Of a stretch of DNA of 64,000 nt, positions 37,868 to 46,833 are shown one piece after another. Where the stretch lies: the NCBI GenBank assembly GCA_020628545.1, contig JAHDEX010000005.1, positions 29,401 through 93,400 of the forward strand. The letters run 5' to 3'. The stretch comes from Paracoccaceae bacterium. GTDB lineage: Bacteria > Pseudomonadota > Alphaproteobacteria > Rhodobacterales > Rhodobacteraceae. The notes under the pieces were generated by a model. It was not told the origin of the DNA. It saw only the letters and a program-made list of their open reading frames with translations, and ran no database searches. The stretch's first letter is position 1. Each line of letters starts with the position of its first letter. Both the position numbers and the translations under genes were made by a program.

Positions 37868-38848
37868 TACTTGCCTGACTTGCGACGCTGAAAACCGAAT
37901 TTCTTGTGCATTTACAACAAGCTCCGGATTTAGCAGCCCGTCGAAAAAATCCAGAATGTTCTGCGCTGATACAACCGCCATGCGCTCTGCGCATTCGGCA
38001 GTCATGCTTGCCGAGTGCGGCGTCAGCGTCGCCGACGCACACGTCGTCAACCGATTGGCTATCGTCGGCGGTTCATCGACAAAGACGTCGAGCCCTGCGC
38101 CATGAATGCGCCCCTGCAATAGAGCATCTGCGAGTGCGGCTTCGTCGATGCTTCCACCGCGTGCGGTGTTCACGAGAACGGCCGTTGGTTTCATGAGCGC
38201 GATCTCACGCTCTCCAATCAGAGGCTTGTTTGTCCTCGGCACATGAACAGACACCAAATCCGCGTGGGCCAAGGCTTCATCGAGACTGTCTACCACGGTG
38301 ACGCCCAGTGGCGCCGCCTGAGACACGTAAGGATCGTAGGCGATCACCTCGATGTCGAAGCCCCGCGCCATGCGCGAGAGATGGCGCCCAATTCTGCCAA
38401 GACCGATGATCAACAAGGTCTTTCCGGCAACTTCCCGGGCCGACAGACTGTTGCGGAATCCCCAGTCGCCACCAGGGCGGGTGGCCCCATCATATTTGAT
38501 TAGGCGTCTGCTGGCGGACAGCAACAAGAGCATCGCATGCTCGGCAACAGTTTGGGCATTCACGTCGCCGACGATGGCCAGCGGGATACCGCGAGAATTC
38601 AGCGCACCGACATCGACCGCGTCGAAGCCGACGCCATGGCGCGACACCATGGCGAGCTTTCGGCTCTTGGCGATGGCCGCCGCTTCGAAAGGCTGCGTTC
38701 TGAGAAGCACGGCCGTTGCGTCGGCGAGATAGGGCTCCATGGACGCTTCGCTGATTTCCTCGACATAGTCGATTTCGAAATCACTGCGTGCTTGCAGAAG
38801 CGCGAGACCGCTGTCGTGCAGTTTTCCGGCAACAAGAACACGTGCCAT
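37865..38848 (-). CDS. D-isomer-specific 2-hydroxyacid dehydrogenase (glycerate DH / hydroxypyruvate reductase-like)
   Basis: 327 aa with the NAD motif GKTLLIIGLGRIGRHL. The catalytic-domain pattern is ..VNTARGGSIDE.. and ..LTPHSAS.. The start lies 1 nt after the aldolase stop. Confidence 0.85.
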   Translation of the reverse strand: MARVLVAGKLHDSGLALLQARSDFEIDYVEEISEASMEPYLADATAVLLRTQPFEAAAIAKSRKLAMVSRHGVGFDAVDVGALNSRGIPLAIVGDVNAQTVAEHAMLLLLSASRRLIKYDGATRPGGDWGFRNSLSAREVAGKTLLIIGLGRIGRHLSRMARGFDIEVIAYDPYVSQAAPLGVTVVDSLDEALAHADLVSVHVPRTNKPLIGEREIALMKPTAVLVNTARGGSIDEAALADALLQGRIHGAGLDVFVDEPPTIANRLTTCASATLTPHSASMTAECAERMAVVSAQNILDFFDGLLNPELVVNAQEIRFSASQVRQV

Positions 38849-38849
38849 C

Positions 38850-39668
38850 TCAATACCCCGCTTGTTCGAGTTCTTCGTGCTCGGACGCCTGATCGCTGGC
38901 CATCGCCCGCGCCTGTTTGACAGTGCGCGAAGCCTCAGCGGCCAGCAGCCTGACGTCGTTCGACAAGGTCACCATGTCGAAGCCCCAGTTCATCGCCCTG
39001 GCGGCGTAGTCCGGCGTCCCGCAGTGCAGCGCGGCGCGGATACCTGCCGCCTTGGCCGCGTCCCGGATCCGGTGGATCGCCGCAATCATCTCGGGCTCTT
39101 TGCGATCAAACCCCGGCGGCAAGGCGCCGTCCGACAGGCCCAGCGTCAGATCGGCAGGGCCGATATAGACACCGTCGAGGCCAGGCGTTCTGACGATCTC
39201 GTCGAGGTTCGCCATCGCCTCTGCGGTCTCGATCATCGCGAAAGCCAGCATCTCCCCATTGGCCTCGGCAGCGTATCCCTCCCCGGCGGAAAAATTCGCC
39301 CGCGTCGGGCCGAAGCTGCGCGTGCCAAGCGGCGGATACCGCATGTAGCTGACCAGCCGCTCCGCATCGGCACGCGTGTTCACCATCGGGCAAATGATCC
39401 CGTAAGCCCCGGCATCCAACGCCTTCATGATCGCGCCCGGATCGAGCCAGGGAACCCGCGCCATCGGCACAACGCCCGAGGCCCGCATCGCCTGCAACAT
39501 CCCGAGCGCGCCCTCATAGCTGACCGCCCCGTGCTGCATGTCGATCGTGACGCTGTCGTAGCCTTGCGCAGCCATGATCTCGGCCACGAAGGGTGAGTTG
39601 ATCGAGAGCCAGCCATTGATCGTCGGCTGTCCGGAGGCCCATTTCGTCTTGAGTTCGTTCTTGATCAT
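38850..39668 (-). CDS. HpcH/HpaI-family class II (pyruvate-type) aldolase
   Basis: 272 aa; ..NGWLSINSPFVAEIMAAQGYDSVTIDMQHG..MARVPW..ALDAGAYGIICPMVNT..RYPPLGTRS.. matches the HpaI/GarL/YfaU family layout. Confidence 0.85.
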   Translation of the reverse strand: MIKNELKTKWASGQPTINGWLSINSPFVAEIMAAQGYDSVTIDMQHGAVSYEGALGMLQAMRASGVVPMARVPWLDPGAIMKALDAGAYGIICPMVNTRADAERLVSYMRYPPLGTRSFGPTRANFSAGEGYAAEANGEMLAFAMIETAEAMANLDEIVRTPGLDGVYIGPADLTLGLSDGALPPGFDRKEPEMIAAIHRIRDAAKAAGIRAALHCGTPDYAARAMNWGFDMVTLSNDVRLLAAEASRTVKQARAMASDQASEHEELEQAGY

Positions 39669-39679
39669 GCCGCGTGCCT

Positions 39680-41116
39680 TCAGAAAACCGATTGTGTGAG
39701 TTTGGTGTCGAGATATTCGGCGATACCCTCGGTCCCGCCTTCGCGGCCAAGACCCGAGAATTTGGTGCCACCGAACGGCGCTTCCGCCGCTGCCAGCGCA
39801 AAGCTGTTGATCCCGACCATCCCCGCCTTGAGCGCCGCCGACACACGTCGCGCTCGCGCTGCATCCTTGGTGAAGGCGTAGGCAGAAAGCCCCATGTCGC
39901 AGGCGTTTGCGCGGGTGAGCGCCTCGTCTTCGTCCTCAAAGGATGTGATCGCGGCGATCGGACCGAAGTTCTCTTCACTCATGGCGGTCATGTCATCGCG
40001 CACATTCGTCAGAACCGTTGGCTGAAAGAAGAAGCCCGTGTCCCCGACAGCCTTGCCCCCGGTCAGGAGTTCCGCCCCGCCAGCCACGGCATCCGCGACC
40101 ACGGACGCAATCTCATCACGACGCTTCTTGTTGATGAGCGGGCCCATGGCCGACGCAGGGTCCAGCCCGTCACCGAGCTTCAGCGCCGCAGCGCGTTTGG
40201 CGAAACCGTCGACAAAGGCATCGTGCAGCGAGGCATGGACGAAGAACCGATCGGGCGTCACGCAGACCTGGCCCGCATTTGCAAACTTCGTCGCGACCGC
40301 CACGTCCAGAGTTGCCTCCAGATTGCAATCCTCGAAAGCGATCAGGGGCGCGTTGCCGCCAAGTTCCATCGACACCTTTTTCAACGTGTCGGCGGCGTCC
40401 CGGATCATCTGCTGGCCGACGCGGGTCGATCCGGTCAGAGACACTTTTCGCACCGCCTTTGAGGCCATCAACGGGGTATAAGTCGTCGACGTCGGCCCGA
40501 CGATCAGCGCAACCGCCCCTTCCGGCAGCTCTCCTGCCCGCACGCAGTCGACCAGCACCATCGCAACGCCAGGCGTTTGGGACGAGGGGCGGCAGATGAC
40601 AGGGCAGCCGGCGGCCAGTGCTGGCGCGACCTTCCGGGCGACCAACGCCGCGGGGAAATTCCAGGCGGTAAAGGCCGCGACGACGCCGACAGGCTCCTGG
40701 CTGACGTGGAACTCGCCTCCCGGCACACGCGAGGGGACAATCCGACCGGTCAGCCGACGTGCTTCCTCGGCGTACCAGCGGAACTGGTCGACGGCGAGCG
40801 CCCACTCCCGGCGCGATTGCGCAATCGGCTTGCCGGTCTCAACCGAGATCATGGTCGCCGCCTCATCTTCCCGGCGCTTCATTTCGTCGGCGATACGATG
40901 AAGTCGATCCGCGCGCTCCCAGCCGCCCTGGGAGGATAGCGCTGGAAGCGCGCGTTCGGCAGCGGCAATCGCCGCTTCAGTGTCTTCGATGGTCGCCGGG
41001 CGGTAGGCCCCGACGGGCTTTTCGGTCACCGGGCTGATCACTGGCGTGCTGCCATCAGCTCCACCGATCCAGGTGCCCGCGATGAAATTTCCGAAAGGTT
41101 CGTAAAGTGACATCAC
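39680..41116 (-). CDS. NAD(P)+-dependent aldehyde dehydrogenase
   Basis: 478 aa with ALDH landmarks ..FTAWNFP.., ..ELGGNAP.. and ..GQVCVTPDR.. (catalytic Cys). The start overlaps the iolG stop by 4 nt. Confidence 0.88.
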   Translation of the reverse strand: MMSLYEPFGNFIAGTWIGGADGSTPVISPVTEKPVGAYRPATIEDTEAAIAAAERALPALSSQGGWERADRLHRIADEMKRREDEAATMISVETGKPIAQSRREWALAVDQFRWYAEEARRLTGRIVPSRVPGGEFHVSQEPVGVVAAFTAWNFPAALVARKVAPALAAGCPVICRPSSQTPGVAMVLVDCVRAGELPEGAVALIVGPTSTTYTPLMASKAVRKVSLTGSTRVGQQMIRDAADTLKKVSMELGGNAPLIAFEDCNLEATLDVAVATKFANAGQVCVTPDRFFVHASLHDAFVDGFAKRAAALKLGDGLDPASAMGPLINKKRRDEIASVVADAVAGGAELLTGGKAVGDTGFFFQPTVLTNVRDDMTAMSEENFGPIAAITSFEDEDEALTRANACDMGLSAYAFTKDAARARRVSAALKAGMVGINSFALAAAEAPFGGTKFSGLGREGGTEGIAEYLDTKLTQSVF

Positions 41117-42123
41117 GCGATCTCCGAAACTTGCACCAGCCGACCTTCGGCAAGTGACTTGTACGCGGCCTCAGCCAGGATCAGCGCCTGCCGCCCATCC
41201 TCGAAGCCGACCTCCGGCGCGGTGCCGTTCTCGACCGCGTCGACGAAGTAGTCGATCTGGGCGTTGAAGGCCTCGCTGTAGCGTTCGAGGAAGAAAAACT
41301 GGTAGGGAGCGGAAACCTCGGTCGTGGTCGCCGAATGGGTCCGCATCTCGTGCGGTTTCCTGTTGTCGGACAGCGCCATCCCCTTGGAGCCCAGGAGCTC
41401 GACCCGCTGGTCATAGCCATAAACGGCTGTGCGCGAGTTGTTGATGTGGCACTGCTTGCCACCCTCGGTGCGCATGATGATCATGGCACTGTCGATCTCG
41501 TTCAATTCTGCGCCAAGCTCCGGATCGATCAGCGCCCCTGCAACCGCAAAGACCTCCTTCACTGGGTCGTCCCCCAGCATGAAACGGGCCAGATCGAAGT
41601 CATGGATCGTCATGTCGCGAAGAAGACCGCCCGCGGCTTCCAGGTAAGCACGCGGCGGTATAGCCGGATCGCGCGAGGTGATGATCACCTGATGCAAATC
41701 GCCAATCGCCCCCTCCCGCATCGCGTCGCGCGCGGCCCGGTGGCCGGGATCGAAGCGGCGGTTGAAGCCGAGCTGGATCGGAACACTGGTCCCGGCGATC
41801 TTCTCGGCGCAGGCGTTGACGCGACCGAGGTCGAGATCGATCGGCTTCTCGCAAATCGCGGCTTTGCCGGAGGCGACAGCCATCTCGATGTAATCTGCAT
41901 GTGTGGGCGTCGCTGTTGCGATAAGGACGGCGTCCACATCCTTCGACGCAAAGACATCCTCTGCGGTTGCGGCGATCTTCGCCCCCTCGCGTGCTGCAAC
42001 TGCCTCGGCGGCGGGCGCGTGGACATCATAGACCATGGCGAGCTTGGTCCGCGCATGCCGAGCGACATTCGCCGCGTGCATCTGCCCGATTCTCCCGCAT
42101 CCAAGGACCGCAATTCGCAACAT
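41113..42123 (-). CDS. iolG: myo-Inositol 2-dehydrogenase (Gfo/Idh/MocA family)
   Basis: MLRIAVLGCGRIGQMHAAN.. Rossmann N-terminus, EKP motif (AICEKPID) and IdhA-like length. It is divergent from iolD-iolE. Confidence 0.8.
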   Translation of the reverse strand: MLRIAVLGCGRIGQMHAANVARHARTKLAMVYDVHAPAAEAVAAREGAKIAATAEDVFASKDVDAVLIATATPTHADYIEMAVASGKAAICEKPIDLDLGRVNACAEKIAGTSVPIQLGFNRRFDPGHRAARDAMREGAIGDLHQVIITSRDPAIPPRAYLEAAGGLLRDMTIHDFDLARFMLGDDPVKEVFAVAGALIDPELGAELNEIDSAMIIMRTEGGKQCHINNSRTAVYGYDQRVELLGSKGMALSDNRKPHEMRTHSATTTEVSAPYQFFFLERYSEAFNAQIDYFVDAVENGTAPEVGFEDGRQALILAEAAYKSLAEGRLVQVSEIA

Positions 42124-42145
42124 TTATCGACCTCCCGAAGTGTTC

Positions 42146-42200
42146 TGCAATTTTTGTAGCAGCATCGCAATAAATGTTGCAAGAGATTTTTGTCGCAATT
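42146..42200. promoter_or_regulatory. iolG/iolD divergent promoter region with repeated TGCAA-N6-T(T/A)GCA operators
   Basis: TGCAATTTTTGTAGCA lies at 42146..42161 and CGCAATAAATGTTGCA at 42166..42181. A further TTTTTGTCGCAA half-site follows at about 42187..42198. Confidence 0.55.
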
Positions 42201-42238
42201 ATACGTTTTCAAACGACGCCGAAATTTGGGAGGTTCAG

Positions 42239-44110
42239 ATGACAGAAACAGTCCGTCTTACTATGGGTCAGGCGCTTGTGCGCTACCTGTGCAATCAGTT
42301 CACAGAGATCGACGGCGAGCACGTACCGCTCTTTGCCGGCGTCTTTGGAATCTTCGGGCACGGGAACGTCACCTGCATCTCCGAAGCCCTCGAACAGGTG
42401 CAGGACACTCTGCCAACCTGGCGCGGTCAGAACGAACAAAGCATGGCTTTGGCCGCAATCGGATATGCGAAAGCCAAGCAGCGCCGCCAGATAATGGTGT
42501 CACTCTCCTCGGTCGGCCCGGGCGCCACCAACATGATCTCAGCGGCAGGCGTGGCCCATGCCAACCGGCTCCCCGTTCTGCTGCTGGCCGGCGATACCTA
42601 TGTGAATCGTCTGCCTGATCCGGTCTTGCAGCAGGTTGAACACTTCGGAGACCCGTCGATCACCGTCAATGACGGCTTCAAGGCTGTATCGCGGTACTGG
42701 GACCGGATCGTTCACCCCGCGCAAATCCTGCAATCCCTGCCAAACGCGATCCGGACGATGCTCGACCCCGCCGATTGCGGACCCGCCTTCATCGGTCTGC
42801 CCCAGGACATCCAGGAAGTCGCCTATGACTACCCGGTCGCTTTCTTTGCCGAGAAAACCTGGTCGATCCCACGCCCCCGCCCCGCGAGGGACGAGGTCGC
42901 GAAGGCCGCCGAGCTGCTCAAGACCGCCAAGAAGCCTTTCATCATTTCGGGCGGCGGCGTGCGTTACTCGGGGGCTGGTGAAGCTTTGGCCGAGTTTTCA
43001 ACGAAACGCGGCATTCCCTTTACCGAGACAATCGCGGGCAAGGGCGCGGTCGTACATGACCACCCGGCCTATGTCGGCGCGATGGGCATCGAGGGTACCG
43101 AGGCGGCCCGCGAGTTGGCGGAGGCGGCCGACGTCGTCATCGCTATCGGAACCCGGATGCAGGACTTCACGACCGGCTCGTGGACGACCTTCTCCAAGGA
43201 CGCGAAGTTCATCAACATCAACGCGGCCCGCTTCGACGCCTCCAAGCATTTCGCGCAGCCTTTGGTGGGAGACGCGCTCGAATCGCTCACTGAACTCGAC
43301 GACGCCCTCGGAGACTGGAAAGCCGACCCGGCCCAGATGCAAATGGCACAGCAGCTCTACGCGGACTGGAACGCCTTCCTCGACGCCGAACAAGCGCCCT
43401 CCAATGCGCCTGTGGCGTCCTACGCCCAGGTGATCGGGGTCGTGAACAAGGCGGCCCGCGAGGTAGACACGATGGTCACCGCGGCAGGAGGATTGCCCGG
43501 CGAGACAGCCAAGAACTGGCGCGTGAAAGCCCCCAACACCTACGATCTGGAATTCGGGTTCTCCTGCATGGGCTATGAGATCGCCGGCGGCTGGGGCCAC
43601 GCAATGGCCAAGACCGACAAGGACGGCAATCAGACGGGTGTTCCCATCGTGATGGTGGGCGACGGCTCTTACATGATGATGAACTCGGACATCTATTCGA
43701 CCGTCCTGACCGGCCACAAGATGATCGTCGTGGTGTGCGACAACGGCGGCTTCGGCGTCATCAATCGCCTGCAGACCGGCATGGGCGTTCCGGGGTTCAA
43801 CAACCTCTTGAAAGACGCGCGTATCAAAAATCGCGAAGAACCGCTCCATGTCGACTTCGCGGCGCATGCCAAGGCCATGGGGGCCGAGGCGCGGCACTGC
43901 GAAAGCCTTGCCGATCTGGAAGCTGCAATGGAATGGGCGCAGACCACCGACCGCACAACTGTTCTGGTGATCGAATCCGACGCCCATGCGTGGACGGACG
44001 GAGGCGCCGATTGGTACGTCGGCGTGCCTGAGATCAATGAACGCGAAAGCATCCGTGAGGCCCGCGCCAGACAAGAGGCCTTCCGCGCCAAGCAACGGGA
44101 GGGCGTCTGA
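42239..44110 (+). CDS. iolD: 3D-(3,5/4)-trihydroxycyclohexane-1,2-dione acylhydrolase (ThDP-dependent)
   Basis: 623 aa from MTETVRLTMGQALVRYLCNQF.. ThDP motif GDGSYMMMNS..DNGGFG. SD GGGAGG precedes ATG 42239. The track ORF's 5' extension to 42035 crosses the promoter. Confidence 0.88.
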   Translation: MTETVRLTMGQALVRYLCNQFTEIDGEHVPLFAGVFGIFGHGNVTCISEALEQVQDTLPTWRGQNEQSMALAAIGYAKAKQRRQIMVSLSSVGPGATNMISAAGVAHANRLPVLLLAGDTYVNRLPDPVLQQVEHFGDPSITVNDGFKAVSRYWDRIVHPAQILQSLPNAIRTMLDPADCGPAFIGLPQDIQEVAYDYPVAFFAEKTWSIPRPRPARDEVAKAAELLKTAKKPFIISGGGVRYSGAGEALAEFSTKRGIPFTETIAGKGAVVHDHPAYVGAMGIEGTEAARELAEAADVVIAIGTRMQDFTTGSWTTFSKDAKFININAARFDASKHFAQPLVGDALESLTELDDALGDWKADPAQMQMAQQLYADWNAFLDAEQAPSNAPVASYAQVIGVVNKAAREVDTMVTAAGGLPGETAKNWRVKAPNTYDLEFGFSCMGYEIAGGWGHAMAKTDKDGNQTGVPIVMVGDGSYMMMNSDIYSTVLTGHKMIVVVCDNGGFGVINRLQTGMGVPGFNNLLKDARIKNREEPLHVDFAAHAKAMGAEARHCESLADLEAAMEWAQTTDRTTVLVIESDAHAWTDGGADWYVGVPEINERESIREARARQEAFRAKQREGV

Positions 44111-45006
44111 TGCCATCGGCGAAACTTGGCATCGCGCCCATCGCGTGGTGGAACGACGATCTGGAAGAACTGTCAGACGACGTGAGCCTCGACGAGTGCC
44201 TCAGGCAAGCGGCCGAGGCCGGGCTGACCGGCATGGAAACCGGGCGCCGCTTTCCCATGAACATGGACGAGCTTGGCCCTATCCTTGACCGGCACGGCAT
44301 CTCGGTCTGCGGCGGCTGGTTCTCCGGCCTGTTGCTTGACGGAGATATCGAAGCCGAGAAAGACCGCATCGCCGAACAGCATGCGTTCTTCAAAGCGGCT
44401 GGTGCTCCCTGCATCGTCTATGGCGAAACCGCGCGGTCCGTTCAGGGCGAGCGCCAGACACCTCTCGCCCAGAAACCCGTCATCTCGGAACCCGAGATGG
44501 CCGCCTACGGTCGCAAGATCAGCGATTTCGCCGACTGGTGTGCAACCGAAGGCATGCCGATCGCCTATCATCATCACATGGCCGCGGTCGTCGAAACCGA
44601 GGCCGAGCTTGATCTGCTGATGAAGCATTCCAGCGTGCCTCTGCTGTTTGATGCCGGGCACATGGCGTTCGCGGGCGGCGACAACTTTCGCGTGATCGAC
44701 AACCACCACGCCCGCATCACCCATGTCCACACGAAGGACATCCGACAAACCGTCATTGATAGCCTCGACCGCACAATCGAGAGCTTCCTCGATGCCGTCA
44801 TCAAGGGCGCCTTCACGGTCCCCGGCGATGGCTCGCTGGATTTCGAAGCCATCGTGAAGGCGCTGGCTGACAAAGGCTACGAGGGCTGGTTCGTCATCGA
44901 GGCGGAACAGGACCCGAAAGCCAACCCCCCGCTTGATATGGCCATCAAGGGCCGTGCGGAATTAAAGCGCGTCATGGACGCAGCAGGATACGAGGTAACG
45001 AAATGA
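44110..45006 (+). CDS. iolE: myo-Inosose-2 dehydratase
   Basis: 298 aa. The N-terminus ..KLGIAPIAWWNDDLEEL.. is the IolE hallmark. It has a xylose-isomerase-like TIM barrel. The ATG overlaps the iolD stop. Confidence 0.88.
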   Translation: MPSAKLGIAPIAWWNDDLEELSDDVSLDECLRQAAEAGLTGMETGRRFPMNMDELGPILDRHGISVCGGWFSGLLLDGDIEAEKDRIAEQHAFFKAAGAPCIVYGETARSVQGERQTPLAQKPVISEPEMAAYGRKISDFADWCATEGMPIAYHHHMAAVVETEAELDLLMKHSSVPLLFDAGHMAFAGGDNFRVIDNHHARITHVHTKDIRQTVIDSLDRTIESFLDAVIKGAFTVPGDGSLDFEAIVKALADKGYEGWFVIEAEQDPKANPPLDMAIKGRAELKRVMDAAGYEVTK

Positions 45007-45836
45007 ACCGCATCGATGGAAAAATCGCCGTTGTGACGGGCGGTACGCAAGGATTGGGCGCAGCCATCGCCCGCCGCCTCGCAGAGGCCGGGGCCGCAGG
45101 CATCGTGACCTGCGGGCGCGGCGTCGAGAAAGGCGAGGCCGTCGCCGCGACCATTCAGGCGGACACCGGCTGCAAGGTCGTCTTCCAGAAGGCCGACCTT
45201 GGAAACGTCGCGGACTGCAAGGCGGTGACGGCGCGGGCGGATGCCGAGTTCGGGCGGATCGACATTCTGGTCAATGCGGCAGGCATCACGGATCGCGGCG
45301 ACATCCTGCGGACAGACGAGGCGCTCTTCGACAAGATGTTCGCGGTCAATACACGCGGCCCGTTCTTCCTGATGCAAGGCGCGATCGAGATCATGATCCG
45401 CGAGGGCATCGAGGGCGCAATCGTCAATATCGGCTCCACGTCAGCACTCGCCGGTCAGCCGTTCATTTCGACCTATTGCGCATCAAAGGAGGCATTGGCG
45501 ACGTTCACACGCAACACCGCTTTCGCGGTCATGCGCAACCGCATCCGCGTTAACCAGCTCAACATCGGCTGGATGGCCTCCGATGGCGAGGATAAGACCC
45601 AGCGGGAATATCACGGCGCCGATGAGAACTGGCTTGAAAAGGTCGCGGCCGAGCAACCCTTCGGCCGCCTCCTGGCGCCCGAGGAAGTCGCCAAGGCAGT
45701 GAACTATCTGGCGTCCGAAGATGCGGGCATGATGACCGGGTCGGTCATCAACTTCGACCAGTCGGTCTGGGGCGGCTATCAGTTTGCGCCGCCGACGCCC
45801 GAGCGGGCGATGTCGCTGGAAGCTCAATACGGCTGA
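45003..45836 (+). CDS. Short-chain dehydrogenase/reductase (SDR), co-transcribed with iolD-iolE
   Basis: TGGTQGLG, NAAGI and YCASKEA (YxxxK). It overlaps the iolE stop (ATGA). Confidence 0.85.
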   Translation: MNRIDGKIAVVTGGTQGLGAAIARRLAEAGAAGIVTCGRGVEKGEAVAATIQADTGCKVVFQKADLGNVADCKAVTARADAEFGRIDILVNAAGITDRGDILRTDEALFDKMFAVNTRGPFFLMQGAIEIMIREGIEGAIVNIGSTSALAGQPFISTYCASKEALATFTRNTAFAVMRNRIRVNQLNIGWMASDGEDKTQREYHGADENWLEKVAAEQPFGRLLAPEEVAKAVNYLASEDAGMMTGSVINFDQSVWGGYQFAPPTPERAMSLEAQYG

Positions 45837-45884
45837 CAATTACAAGACCGTCGGGCACCCCCCAATGGTCTTTCCCGAACCGCG

Positions 45885-46784
45885 TCAGGGCGCACTGACA
45901 ACCGGAATGAGTGGCGCCTTGGGGGCAGAGCCATCCGCCTGACGCGCCGCCAAGCCCAGCATCAGAGCCTGCGCAAGACAGATGGGCGCGGCCAGTGAGC
46001 GCGAAAAGGCCTGCTCTCGCTCCGGAACCTCGAAGAGCACGTCGGCCGACTTGGCGAGCGGCGACAGCGTCGAATCCGAGATCGCAATGATCGGAATGCC
46101 CCGCGCAGCCACCTCTTCCGCCGTGTTGACGACTTCCTTGGCATAAAACCGAAACGACACCGCCAGGAGCACGTCGTTCTCGTCGATGACCTTTCCCATA
46201 TGCGTCGCCAAGCCGCCGGCGGCATCGATCAGAACCGCGCGCCGCCCCAGCATGGTCAGAATGTAGCGCAACAGGACAACGACCGGTTCCGACCGGAGCT
46301 GCCCGAAGAGATAGACGCAATCAGCGGCCTCGAGAAGATCGATGGCGCGATCCAGATCCTTCTCGTCGATGTCGGACACAAGCTGTTCTAGCGACGCCAG
46401 GTCGTTTGCAACGAGATCGAGAAGATGTCCTTTCACCCCGCTGTCGCCAGCCTCGGCCAACCGCGCCTTCATCTGCTCGGCACGCGTTTCAAACCCCGGC
46501 GCGGCGGTGTTCAGGCGCTGGCGGAAGATGCCCTGCAACTCCTTGAACCCCTTGTACCCGAAATGCTGCGCGAAGCGGACGAAACTCGACGGATGGACAC
46601 CCTGCTTCTCGGCAATGGAGTTCACCGAGTTCATCGCCACATCATTCGGATTCTGGGTCAGATAGACGGCAATCTGTTGATTGGTCTTGCTCAGATCGTC
46701 GTACTGCGCATGGATCTCCGTGATAAGAGCTTCGAAGCTCTCGGGTTGTTTTGTATCTGTGGACTGCATTCGTTTCATCTCCAT
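45885..46784 (-). CDS. RpiR/MurR-family transcriptional regulator (HTH + SIS); candidate IolR
   Basis: N-terminal HTH ..NSIAEKQGVHPSSFVRFAQHFGYKGFKELQ.. and a C-terminal SIS domain. Alternative ATG starts lie at 46778 and 46769. Confidence 0.85.
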   Translation of the reverse strand: MEMKRMQSTDTKQPESFEALITEIHAQYDDLSKTNQQIAVYLTQNPNDVAMNSVNSIAEKQGVHPSSFVRFAQHFGYKGFKELQGIFRQRLNTAAPGFETRAEQMKARLAEAGDSGVKGHLLDLVANDLASLEQLVSDIDEKDLDRAIDLLEAADCVYLFGQLRSEPVVVLLRYILTMLGRRAVLIDAAGGLATHMGKVIDENDVLLAVSFRFYAKEVVNTAEEVAARGIPIIAISDSTLSPLAKSADVLFEVPEREQAFSRSLAAPICLAQALMLGLAARQADGSAPKAPLIPVVSAP

Positions 46785-46795
46785 GCCGCAAGCAC

Positions 46796-46833
46796 TGCAA
46801 TTGCAACAACTGTATTGTGCAATTTTTGTTGCA
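46796..46833. promoter_or_regulatory. Operator candidates upstream of the RpiR gene: palindromes TGCAATTGCA and TGCAATTTTTGTTGCA
   Basis: TGCAATTGCA lies at 46796..46805. TGCAA-TTTTTG-TTGCA, with perfectly inverted arms, lies at 46818..46833. Both are directly 5' of the regulator's start. Confidence 0.55.

Noticed and set aside
42035-42238. 5' extension of the iolD ORF (track start 42035), which would overlap iolG.
   Set aside because: The extension runs through the AT-rich divergent promoter and operator region and has an implausible sequence. A good SD (GGGAGG) precedes ATG 42239, which gives the canonical IolD N-terminus.
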